Positions 10,159 through 18,388 of a DNA stretch of 64,000 bases are shown here, one piece after another. The translations under genes were made by a program, and so were the position numbers. This stretch comes from Myxococcota bacterium. GTDB lineage: Bacteria; Myxococcota_A; UBA796; CAJQPC01. The notes beneath the pieces are model-generated. The model saw only the letters and a program-made list of their open reading frames with translations. It was not told the DNA's origin and made no database searches. Numbering within the stretch: position 1 is the stretch's first letter; each line of letters begins with the position of its first letter. The DNA is taken from contig DASCPX010000246.1 of assembly GCA_036012755.1 (NCBI GenBank), forward strand, positions 1-64,000. Reading direction: 5' to 3'.

Positions 10159-10562
10159 TCCTCGGCGCCCTCCGCGTCCGCAGAGTCCTCTGCGTCCTCG
10201 GAGCTCTCGCGGGCTTGGCGATCGGCCTCCATCCGACCGAGCATGGCGGTCAGCTCCACCGAGTGGTCCAGCCCCTCGTCCAGCCGGAACTCCAGCTCCG
10301 GCGCGTGGCGCAGCTTCAGCGCCCGTCCGACGCGACCGCGGAGGAACCTCGCGGCGCTCTGGAGCCCGCGAAGCATCTGCTTGTCGTCGCCGCCCCCGCC
10401 GAGAGAGGTGACGTACACCCGCGCCTGCCGAAGATCTCCAGTCACCTGGATGTGGGTGATGGAGACGTCGCCGACCCGGGGGTCCTTGATGTCCGTGCGC
10501 AACAGCACCGCCAGCTCGCGGTGGACGAGCTCGGCGACTCGCTGCGGTCTGATTCCCTTCAT
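10155..10562 (-). CDS. rbfA: Ribosome-binding factor A
   Basis: RPQRVAE, KDPRV, DLRQARVY, LRHAPELEF; immediately upstream of truB. Confidence 0.95.
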   Translation of the reverse strand: MKGIRPQRVAELVHRELAVLLRTDIKDPRVGDVSITHIQVTGDLRQARVYVTSLGGGGDDKQMLRGLQSAARFLRGRVGRALKLRHAPELEFRLDEGLDHSVELTAMLGRMEADRQARESSEDAEDSADAEGAEE

Positions 10563-10583
10563 CAACCGCGAATAACCAGCTCC

Positions 10584-11672
10584 TCAGAGGCTGAGGATGA
10601 TCTCCTCGAGCATCTTGTCCATGTCGCCGGTCGTCTGACGCTCGTTGTGGAACGATGTGTAGATCATGTTGCCGCCGTTGGGATTGATCTGCACGGCGAG
10701 TGGCACGTTCTTGAGCTCGCCCATCTGCCAGGTGTTCCAGTCGAAGTAGGTCGCGTCGCCCTCGAGCAACACGGTCGCGGTGGAGTTGGCGCTCTCCATG
10801 AGCGCCCATGCAGCGAGGTCGTAGTTGATGTTCGCGGTGCTCTTGCCGAGCACTGCCTGCATGTTGGCGTCGATGACGTCAGCGTTGACGTTGCCGGACT
10901 CGCCGACGTAGGCGTCGCCGGAGATGTTGTCGTTGCCGTAGAAGGTGATGGCGTCGGGGAAGGCGACCTCGAAGGCGTAGTAGGACCAGTCCGAGGTGTA
11001 GACGGAGCCACCGGAGGTGACGTAGCTCTTCAGGTTGGCGCCGATCTCGCTCTTGCTGTTGACCCAGCCGTCGCTCATCCCGCAGTTCAGGAAGATGATG
11101 TCGTAGTCCGACATCCTGCTCGGGTCCTTCAGGAAGGTCGTGTGGGCGTTGCCGCTGGTGCCGTTGACGATGTCGTGCTCGACGCCCATGCGGTCGAGCA
11201 CATCCTCGATCGAGTCGTAGGCGCCGGTGACGACGACGATCTCCGGCGGCAGCAGGCACTCCGGATCCGGGAGCTCGTACATGCCGCCGTTGAGCGTCAC
11301 GTCGAAGTTCGTCGCGAAGGAGCCCTTCTCGACGTAGACGGTCCAGGTCCCAGCCGGCAGACCGGTGAGGGTGAAGCGCCCGTCGACGTCCGTGAGGTCC
11401 TCTACATAGACGTCGCCCGTGCCGTCGCCGTCGACGTCCGCGTCGACATAGACGAGGGCCCCCACGACCCAGTCACCGCCGCTCGGATCGCAGATGCGAC
11501 CGGTGACGCCCGCGTCGTAGTCCGTGTCCGGGTCGTCCGTGTCACCGGTGTCGAGACCGGTGTCCTCCGGATCCGCGCTGTCCTGGTCGTGCGGGTCGTC
11601 CCCATCGGGGAACGTGTGCAGGTTCTGGTCCATGCACGCGAGGTTCGATCCGAGGACGAGCAGTAGGTGCAC
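10584..11672 (-). CDS. Exported/lipoprotein with a carboxypeptidase-regulatory-like (Ig) domain and a C-terminal glutamine-amidotransferase-like fold
   Basis: GTG after GGAGG; LAC lipobox-like motif; DTG-rich linker; TDVDGRFTLTGLPAG; YDIIFLNCG, GGSVYTSDW, YTSFHNE. Confidence 0.7.
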   Translation of the reverse strand: MHLLLVLGSNLACMDQNLHTFPDGDDPHDQDSADPEDTGLDTGDTDDPDTDYDAGVTGRICDPSGGDWVVGALVYVDADVDGDGTGDVYVEDLTDVDGRFTLTGLPAGTWTVYVEKGSFATNFDVTLNGGMYELPDPECLLPPEIVVVTGAYDSIEDVLDRMGVEHDIVNGTSGNAHTTFLKDPSRMSDYDIIFLNCGMSDGWVNSKSEIGANLKSYVTSGGSVYTSDWSYYAFEVAFPDAITFYGNDNISGDAYVGESGNVNADVIDANMQAVLGKSTANINYDLAAWALMESANSTATVLLEGDATYFDWNTWQMGELKNVPLAVQINPNGGNMIYTSFHNERQTTGDMDKMLEEIILSL

Positions 11673-11727
11673 GAATGCCTCCAGGGTACGCGAATACACT
11701 TGTAGGGAAAACCCAACACCATCGCAA

Positions 11728-11752
11728 GAAAAAAGCGTCTCCAAACGCTTTC
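11728..11752 (-). terminator. Putative intrinsic terminator downstream of the biotin carboxylase-like gene
   Basis: Minus strand reads AAAGCGT-TTGGAG-ACGCTTT followed by TTTCTT, about 14 nt after the stop at 11766. Confidence 0.6.
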
Positions 11753-11765
11753 GTGACGCCTCAGC

Positions 11766-12992
11766 TCACCCGCAGAGGACCTCGCCGGTCCAGAAGCGTG
11801 GCTCGCTGATCGCCTCGACCAGCCGCTGTCGTCCGATGTCGACGCCCTCGACCTCCAGATCGCGCAGCGCAGCCACCGCCCGGACGACAGAGGCCTGTGC
11901 GGTGGGCCCGTGAACGACCAGCACCCCGAGGAGACCGCTCGCCACGCTGCCCTCGACGAGGTGGGAGTGAAGTGTCACCCCCTCTGGGGCTCTCCACTTC
12001 TTCAGGATGCCGCGCTTGTCAGCTCGCAGGCGGATCCCGATAGCGTGGCCCTTGGGCTCGAGATCCTCCTGGTCCCAGCCGATGTCGTCGCCCCCCGCCA
12101 TTCGCAGCTGCAGCTCCGCGAGCCTGATGCCGTGGACGATGTCGTTCAGCAGCGCACCCAGGTCGAGCCGTGGACGCAGACCGATGCAGTAGGCGGCGCC
12201 GGAGTCGTCGACCAGGAAGCCCACCGTGCCGACACCCGTGTAGCGCACGGCCTCTGCGAAGGTCACCGCGGCCGCCTCGACCGTCGCGGCCAGGTCCGCC
12301 TCGATCGGCGCAGGGAAGCGGTCGACGGAGAGCTTGCCCATGCGCCGCAGGGCCCGGTCGCGGACCCCGAAGGGCACGACCTCGCCCTCTTCGTCACCTG
12401 CGAAGCTGACCACCACGTGACGGGCCCGCGGGATGTGGCCCTCGACCCAGACCTGCTGGCCCGAGTGGATGCGCTCGCGAACGAGCCGGGCGAGCTCGAC
12501 GTCGCTCTCCGCGAGCACGGCCTCGAGACCCCAGGTGTCCTTCACCCACAGCGGATAGCCCAGGCGCTGGACGGGCTCCTCGAGCTCTGGGAGGTTGTAG
12601 ATCGGCGAGGAGCTCGGGACCACGGGGACCCCAGCCGCGATGGCGATCTCTCGAGTGGTCCAGCGATCGGCGAGGGCGGCGATCTGCTCCGGCAGCGGCC
12701 CGAGGTAGCCGAGGCTGGCTTCCATGCACGCCCGCGCGAGGTCCGGGGACTCCGCGTCGGGGCCAACCCCGGGGTGGACCGCGTCACAGCCCGCGTCCAG
12801 GGCGGCGGCGACGAGGTCCTGCGCCCGGTTCAGGGAGGGCACGACCATCGCGTAGTCCGCCTCCTCCATGTAGGAGGGCTCCGGCTCCGTGCCGCCGTCG
12901 ATGGCCACGGTCTCCGCCGCGGTCGCCCGGAGACTCCTGTGAAGGTGTCCTGCCATCGGGCCGCGCTCGGCGACGAGGATGCGGACGGTCAT
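11766..12992 (-). CDS. Biotin carboxylase-like ATP-grasp protein with degenerate active-site motifs
   Basis: RILVAERG, GCDAVHPG, GVPVVP, GYPLWVK, YTGVGTVGFL and GHAIGIRL align with AccC, but catalytic residues differ. ATG at 12992. Confidence 0.8.
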   Translation of the reverse strand: MTVRILVAERGPMAGHLHRSLRATAAETVAIDGGTEPEPSYMEEADYAMVVPSLNRAQDLVAAALDAGCDAVHPGVGPDAESPDLARACMEASLGYLGPLPEQIAALADRWTTREIAIAAGVPVVPSSSPIYNLPELEEPVQRLGYPLWVKDTWGLEAVLAESDVELARLVRERIHSGQQVWVEGHIPRARHVVVSFAGDEEGEVVPFGVRDRALRRMGKLSVDRFPAPIEADLAATVEAAAVTFAEAVRYTGVGTVGFLVDDSGAAYCIGLRPRLDLGALLNDIVHGIRLAELQLRMAGGDDIGWDQEDLEPKGHAIGIRLRADKRGILKKWRAPEGVTLHSHLVEGSVASGLLGVLVVHGPTAQASVVRAVAALRDLEVEGVDIGRQRLVEAISEPRFWTGEVLCG

Positions 12993-13067
12993 GCTGTCCA
13001 CCACGAGTCGTAGAGAACGACCTCTGACATGGCTCTCCCGGAGTCGGGGGAGGATAGCAGTGCAGTG

Positions 13068-13796
13068 ATGGTGGTCGGCATCCTCGGCATGGGACGCCTC
13101 GGCGGCTCGATGACGCAGCTCTTGCGCGCTCGCGGACACGAGGTCCGTACCTGGCGCCGTGGGGAGGAGTTTCCCGAGTGCGAGGTCGCCTGGCTGACTG
13201 TCAGCGACGAGGCGATCGCCACCGTCGCGGCGGCGCTGCCCGCAGGGCCCATCGTGCTCCACGCCTCCGGCGCCACGGATCTCACGCCGCTGGCCCGGCA
13301 CGCCGAGCACGGCTCGCTTCACCCGCTCCAGTCCTTTCCGGGCGTCGCGGTCGCGATGCCGCCTGTTACGGGCGTCCCCGCCGCCATCGCCGGCACGACC
13401 CGGGGCCTCGAGGTCGCCCGCCGCCTCGCGCAGGAGATCGGTTTCCGTCCCGTCGAGGTGCCCGGCGACCGGCGCCTCTACCACGCCTCTGCGGTCATGG
13501 CGGGGAACTTCGGCACGACGCTCCTCCACGTGGCCTCGCAGCTGCTCGCCGAAGCCGGAGTCGATCCGGATCTCGCTCCGCGCCTGCTCGCGCCGCTGGC
13601 AATCGCCAGCATCCGACAAGCCGCCGAGCGCGGCCCCGCAGAGGCACTCACCGGACCGCACGCCCGCGGGGACGAGGCGGTGGTGGCGGCCCACGAGGCA
13701 GCGATCTCCGAGGTCGTTCCTGAGCTTTCAGAGGTCTACCAGAAGCTGTCCGAGGAAACCTGGAAGCTGGCGAGTTGCCGGGTACCCAAAGCGTGA
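13068..13796 (+). CDS. Rossmann-like and DUF2520 domain protein (PanG/ketopantoate reductase-like)
   Basis: GILGMGRLG, LTVSD, VLHASGA, SLHPLQSF, YHASAVMAGN, ALTGPHARGD. Confidence 0.88.
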   Translation: MVVGILGMGRLGGSMTQLLRARGHEVRTWRRGEEFPECEVAWLTVSDEAIATVAAALPAGPIVLHASGATDLTPLARHAEHGSLHPLQSFPGVAVAMPPVTGVPAAIAGTTRGLEVARRLAQEIGFRPVEVPGDRRLYHASAVMAGNFGTTLLHVASQLLAEAGVDPDLAPRLLAPLAIASIRQAAERGPAEALTGPHARGDEAVVAAHEAAISEVVPELSEVYQKLSEETWKLASCRVPKA

Positions 13797-13823
13797 ACAA
13801 AGGGGGGGCTCGATCCGTAGAGA

Positions 13824-13871
13824 GACACAAGTGTCACGCGGAATTGCTCCATGAAGACCCGGTGCTATATT
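13824..13871 (+). promoter_or_regulatory. Sigma70-like promoter with an upstream palindrome, for the small ORF at 13908
   Basis: TTGCTC (13844-13849), 16-nt spacer, TG-c-TATATT extended -10 (13866-13871). GACAC-AA-GTGTC inverted repeat at 13824-13835. Confidence 0.55.
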
Positions 13872-13907
13872 TCAAATAGACGCAACCTCCCGCGGAGGAT
13901 GGCTCCA

Positions 13908-14114
13908 ATGCTCGACAGCTTCATCATCGAGCGCATTCGCCAAGAGCGAGCGCAGCGGGACTCGGGCCTCCAGCCGCTGAGGATCCACGTCCCTCGCCCA
14001 GAGGACGACCCGCGCTACGAGCAGCAGCGGCGTCGGGACGAAGACGAGCGCAGTCGCCATGAAGACGACCGCAGCACCGACCGCGGCGTCGTCATCATCG
14101 ACTACAACGTCTGA
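13908..14114 (+). CDS. Small charged hypothetical protein (68 aa, MLDSFIIERIRQE...RGVVIIDYNV)
   Basis: GGAGG at 13894-13898, promoter upstream, high-GC codon usage. Confidence 0.7.
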   Translation: MLDSFIIERIRQERAQRDSGLQPLRIHVPRPEDDPRYEQQRRRDEDERSRHEDDRSTDRGVVIIDYNV

Positions 14115-14127
14115 GCCGGCCGGGGGG

Positions 14128-14841
14128 CTACCCGTTGCTGCGGCGCAGGCGACGCGCGACGTCCAGCGCGGAGCGGAGGACGGACGAAAGGCGCTCCGGC
14201 GGTACGAGGTCGGCCAGGATCTCGACCCCCTTCTGGTCGTGCTTGACCGCGCGGATCTCCGGGTGCTCCATCAGGCGCGACACGTCGTCGACGACGCCAC
14301 CGTCGGACAGCAGCGGTCGGGCGACGCTGGGCATCGCGGCGCGCAGCACCCAGCCACCTCGCCTGCCGACGAGGCGCCAGTCGGCGTCGTCGACCTCTGA
14401 GCCGTCGGCGTAGACGGGCAGGAACATCAGGCGCTGGCGCGCGGGTACCCCCATCCAGACGCTGATGAAGCCTGGCTGGGCCGGCTGGACCAGGACCTCG
14501 ACGCGCACTCCCTCGGCGCCACTGGCGAAGCCGAGGCCGTCGCGTGGATGCGTCTCCACTCCTCGTCCGAACTCCCCGGCCACCAGCCCGAGGGCCTCCG
14601 CGTAGGGCTGGTAGAGGGCGCCCCTGTCCGTGACGCCCTGGTAGAAGCGCACGGCGCTCGCGACGCTGCAGACCAACCCCAGGCCCCCGCACACCACGAA
14701 AGTGATCGTGTTGGCCCGGGCGCGATCATCCAGAGGCACACCGGCAGAGACCAGCATCTCCACGGCCGCGTCGGCGTACGAAGCCGCCAGCAGCATCAGC
14801 ACTCCCAGCACGAGAGCGAGCGCGGCGGAGAGCAGGCGCAT
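14128..14841 (-). CDS. Hypothetical membrane protein (two N-terminal TM helices)
   Basis: Two hydrophobic segments followed by a soluble domain; fills the gap between neighbouring genes. Confidence 0.65.
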   Translation of the reverse strand: MRLLSAALALVLGVLMLLAASYADAAVEMLVSAGVPLDDRARANTITFVVCGGLGLVCSVASAVRFYQGVTDRGALYQPYAEALGLVAGEFGRGVETHPRDGLGFASGAEGVRVEVLVQPAQPGFISVWMGVPARQRLMFLPVYADGSEVDDADWRLVGRRGGWVLRAAMPSVARPLLSDGGVVDDVSRLMEHPEIRAVKHDQKGVEILADLVPPERLSSVLRSALDVARRLRRSNG

Positions 14842-14968
14842 GCGGGGACCTCGGAGAGCGGGAGCCTACAGCAACCGGGCCCGGGGAGCTACGGCAGGCT
14901 TGCGGCGCCCCTGTCCTGGTATTAGTCAGGGCCGTCGCCACCTCGTAGTGGCTCAAAAGGAATCGAAG

Positions 14969-15214
14969 ATGGCTCGCCGTTGCGTCCTCACGGGCAAGCG
15001 CCCCAACACCGCGAACAAGGTCTCGCACTCCAACATCAAGACCAAGAAGCGCCAGCTCCCGAACCTGCAGAAGAAGCGCATCTGGTGGCCGGAGGAGGAG
15101 ACCTTCGTCCAGCTGCGTATCAGCACTCGCGCCCTGCGGACGATCCGCAAGAAGGGACTCCAGGCCTTCGCGAAAGAGGCCGGCGTCGACCTGCACAAGC
15201 ACAAGCAAGGCTGA
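14969..15214 (+). CDS. rpmB: 50S ribosomal protein L28
   Basis: MARRCVLTGKRP..NKVSHSNIKTKKRQLPNLQ; AAGGA ribosome-binding site upstream. Confidence 0.97.
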   Translation: MARRCVLTGKRPNTANKVSHSNIKTKKRQLPNLQKKRIWWPEEETFVQLRISTRALRTIRKKGLQAFAKEAGVDLHKHKQG

Positions 15215-16103
15215 GAATCAACAGCGCGCTCCGGGAGCCTCCCGCCCCGCAGCCACAACCCTCCGGCGGCGCCTCTGGTGCCTGGACAGCGGTCAGCTCG
15301 CGCGTGACGCAGTGCACCGCCCCGCCAGCGGCCACCAGCGAGTCCGCCGGGATGGGGACCACCTCGCGGTCGGGCAACAAGGCCTCCCAGTCCCCGACCG
15401 TGTCGGCCCCTGCATAGGACGGCACGAGGGCGACCTCGTCCAGGACCAGCGCGTTGGTGAAGCTCGGCCACGTCCCCTCGACGGGGTTGTGATCCCAGTC
15501 GACCTCGACGACCTCGATCACCTCTGAGAGCACCTCGGCGGCTGCATCGTCCGTCACCACCGCGAAGCCGTCGACGAGGAGCGAGAAGACATCTATGTGC
15601 TCGGTCGGCTCTCCCTCGAGCGGGTCCAGCCAGACGACCTCCTCACAGCCAAGGACCTCCAGGCGCGCTGCTGCCTCCTCCGCGTCCCACTCGTGGTCGC
15701 TGTGGATGGTCGAGCCGGCGACACAGAGGCCCCCGTCACGCAGGAGGTTGCCCCCTTCCAGCGGCAGGTCCACCGGCACGACCTCCTCGCCGAGGAGCTC
15801 TCCCAGGACCAGGGGCACGTCGTCGTCGCCCTGTCGGTTGCCGAAGTAGCGCGCATCTCCGAGCACGCGGACGCCATCCTCGACCACCGGTATCGGTCCG
15901 TAGTCCCGCATCCAGACGGTGTCGGTGGCGCAGTCGAGCCAGAGCACGCCGTCTACGAGAGCCTCTGCGTTGGCCGTGACCTCCGGGTCGGCCGCGCGAC
16001 AGACCCAGACGGGCACGTCGTGGTCCTGCAGCGCCTCGACCATCGCAAGGAAGGCATCGTCGTGCTCCGCGGGCCACGCGGCGAGCAGCACGGCCTCGGT
16101 CAC
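15120..16103 (-). CDS. Agmatine deiminase / peptidylarginine deiminase (PAD_porph) family protein with a MYXO-CTERM-like tail
   Basis: WMRDYGP, EGGN, HID and GGAVHCVT catalytic motifs. C-terminus GCGC-hydrophobic-RRR. Confidence 0.88.
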   Translation of the reverse strand: MTEAVLLAAWPAEHDDAFLAMVEALQDHDVPVWVCRAADPEVTANAEALVDGVLWLDCATDTVWMRDYGPIPVVEDGVRVLGDARYFGNRQGDDDVPLVLGELLGEEVVPVDLPLEGGNLLRDGGLCVAGSTIHSDHEWDAEEAAARLEVLGCEEVVWLDPLEGEPTEHIDVFSLLVDGFAVVTDDAAAEVLSEVIEVVEVDWDHNPVEGTWPSFTNALVLDEVALVPSYAGADTVGDWEALLPDREVVPIPADSLVAAGGAVHCVTRELTAVQAPEAPPEGCGCGAGGSRSALLILSLACACAGRRRPLSRRPGVPSCGSSAGREC

Positions 16104-16108
16104 CCCAC

Positions 16109-16720
16109 TCAGCGCAGCTCCGCCGCCCTGGCCGCGTCGATGCGGTCGAGGCTGCGATCCGCGTGCTTGACGACCTCTGAGGAGGGATCGCCAAGCAGCG
16201 GCGCGAGGGCCTCGAAGCCAGGCTCGTAGCCGATCCAGCCGATGCCGCGGGCGGCCATGGCGCGGACCTCTGCCGACTCGTCATCCAGCGCCGAGACCAG
16301 CGCTGGACCGCCGTCGGAGCGGTAGCCGAGGATCCGGGCGGCCTCGGCGCGGTTCTCGGCGCTGGCGGACTCGAGCTCCCCGACGAGGAGGTCCAGGGCC
16401 GCCTCGCCCTCGACACGCTTGAGGCCATCGAGCATCGGGCCGCGGACGGCCGCGTCCTCTTCCAGGGAGATGGCGACCACGAGCACCTCTGGAGAGTCGG
16501 CCTCGGCAAGCGCGCGGGCCACTGCCTGCTGGACCTCGAGGGACTCATCGACGTTCTGGAGGCGCCAGGCCAGCGCTTCGGCGGCGTCGGATGCCTCCAG
16601 CGAGGGACCACCGAGGCGGAGGAAACCGGCGCGTGTGGGCAGCGGCTCCAGCTCGATCACGGCCTCGGCCGAAGGGCTGGAAGGATCGAACGCCAGGGCG
16701 GCGGTGACGAACAACAGCAT
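16109..16720 (-). CDS. Exported HEAT-repeat protein
   Basis: Signal MLLFVTAALA; repeats LDDESAEVRAMAARGIG, LGDPSSEVVKHA, ENRAEAARILG. Confidence 0.82.
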   Translation of the reverse strand: MLLFVTAALAFDPSSPSAEAVIELEPLPTRAGFLRLGGPSLEASDAAEALAWRLQNVDESLEVQQAVARALAEADSPEVLVVAISLEEDAAVRGPMLDGLKRVEGEAALDLLVGELESASAENRAEAARILGYRSDGGPALVSALDDESAEVRAMAARGIGWIGYEPGFEALAPLLGDPSSEVVKHADRSLDRIDAARAAELR

Positions 16721-16722
16721 TT

Positions 16723-18330
16723 CTACTCCGAGATGAGGTGGCGGGCGTCCAGCCACCAGGTGGCGCTGTCGGCGGGGGTCCGGATGACGTTGGTGCCGCA
16801 GTGCACCTCGCCCATTCCCAGGTGGTAGATGTCCCAGTCGTCAATGAACTCGATCCGGAGATCAGAGGGCATCGAGTCAACGAACGCCTGGGCGACCGGA
16901 TCGCTTCCGAGGTCGTCCTCGTCGCTGCGCACGTAGGGATCGGGCACGAACAGGGTGGTCTGGCCGTTTGCGTCGTCGGCGACGATCAGGTTGGCCATGC
17001 CGGGGATCAGGGCCAGGCCCGTGTTGCTGCACCAGCCGAGCTCCTCGAAGAGCGCCGGGATGAGGATGACGTCGTCGTCCGTGAGCCCGAGCTCGGCCTT
17101 GAAGCCCTCCAGCTGCGGGTCGAGGTAGTCCTCCTGGACCTCCTCGTTGTACTTGACGAGCTCGTCGTCCTCGAGGATCTCCCCAACGGTCGCGAAGCCG
17201 TGACCCGAGCGGTAGCGCGGCAGCTCGGTCTCGGGGTCCATGCCCTCGAGGATCTCCCAGGCCACGTTCGTGTCGGACCAGACGAGCTTGAAGCCCTTCT
17301 CGGAGGAGGAGTCGGGGACGAAGGTCTGGTACTCGTCGACGTGGCCGACGCAGAGCCAGGTCGAGTCGAGGACGAAGGGGTCCTGGACCTTCTGGCTCTC
17401 CAGGAACTCGACGAGCTCGTCGGCCATCGAGAGCCGCCCGCCGTTGGTGCCGTAGTAGATGCGCCCGTAGGGATAGCCCTCGACCGGCGGCGTGATCTCC
17501 AGGTTGCCGAAGCTGTCCTGGCTCGTGGCGCGTCCGCTGCCCCACTCGCCGCGGATGAAGTCAGGGCCCTCGAACTCGTCCTCTGGGAGGTCGTCGAGCC
17601 CGTCCCCCGCCCGCCCCAGCCCGTTGCGGATGGAGTCGATGACGAGGTCCACGCGCTGGCCGTCAGCGGTCAGCGTGCCGAACTCGATCTCGTCCTGGAC
17701 CCAGACGTCCTGCTGGTAGTCGTTCTGGGCGATCCCGACGAAGACACCGTCCGGGAGCACGGCCTTGTAGTCGGCGATCATCGAGTCGTTGTCGCCCCAG
17801 CTGCTGCTGACCTTCATCACCGCCACGAGCTCGGAGGGCTGGAGGTGGTTGTTCAGGATGAGCGGGGCGCCCTGCAAGAGCACCTCGACTGACTCCCCCG
17901 TGACCGAGTCCGTCAGGAGGAGGTGGGCGGTGGCCAGGTAGTCGCCGAACTCGACCTGGAGCTCGACCGGGTCCTTGCTCTTGGTCATGGTCATGGACGT
18001 GAACTCGTCGTTGAGCACGACGTTTCCGCTGAGCCACACGCGCACTGCCTGGCCGCCGTTGTCGAAGGAGAGGTCGGTGGGGTGGGCAGGGAGGACGCTG
18101 AAGGTGGCCAGGTCGTTGTCGTCGCTGAGCCCCTGCTCCCAGTCGACCGTGCCGTCGGAGTCGTCGTCGTCGAGGTTTGGAATGCCGGGGACGATCGGGA
18201 GCACGTCGTCCGAGCCCGTGGGAGCCGTTGCGGGGGTCCAGACGCCGTCGGCGGTCATGACCTCGAGGGTGGGCTCGTCCGGGTTGTTGTCATCGGACTT
18301 GTTGCAGCCCAGCAGGGCGAGGAGGATCAT
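16723..18330 (-). CDS. Protein-arginine deiminase (PAD/PADI family) lipoprotein
   Basis: WVQDEIEFG, DSFGNLE, WLCVGHVDE and GEVHCGTN give the full Asp-His-Asp-Cys set. Lipobox MILLALLGC after GGAG. Confidence 0.92.
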   Translation of the reverse strand: MILLALLGCNKSDDNNPDEPTLEVMTADGVWTPATAPTGSDDVLPIVPGIPNLDDDDSDGTVDWEQGLSDDNDLATFSVLPAHPTDLSFDNGGQAVRVWLSGNVVLNDEFTSMTMTKSKDPVELQVEFGDYLATAHLLLTDSVTGESVEVLLQGAPLILNNHLQPSELVAVMKVSSSWGDNDSMIADYKAVLPDGVFVGIAQNDYQQDVWVQDEIEFGTLTADGQRVDLVIDSIRNGLGRAGDGLDDLPEDEFEGPDFIRGEWGSGRATSQDSFGNLEITPPVEGYPYGRIYYGTNGGRLSMADELVEFLESQKVQDPFVLDSTWLCVGHVDEYQTFVPDSSSEKGFKLVWSDTNVAWEILEGMDPETELPRYRSGHGFATVGEILEDDELVKYNEEVQEDYLDPQLEGFKAELGLTDDDVILIPALFEELGWCSNTGLALIPGMANLIVADDANGQTTLFVPDPYVRSDEDDLGSDPVAQAFVDSMPSDLRIEFIDDWDIYHLGMGEVHCGTNVIRTPADSATWWLDARHLISE

Positions 18331-18388
18331 GGAGACTCCAGGGTGGGAGGCGAATGTGCCCGGAGGGATCGACGCCTGTAAAGGAGGA

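Noticed and set aside
12993..13694. N-terminal extension making the biotin carboxylase-like ORF 642 aa
   Set aside because: It is antisense to the DUF2520 gene, and homology starts at MTVRILVAERG (12992).
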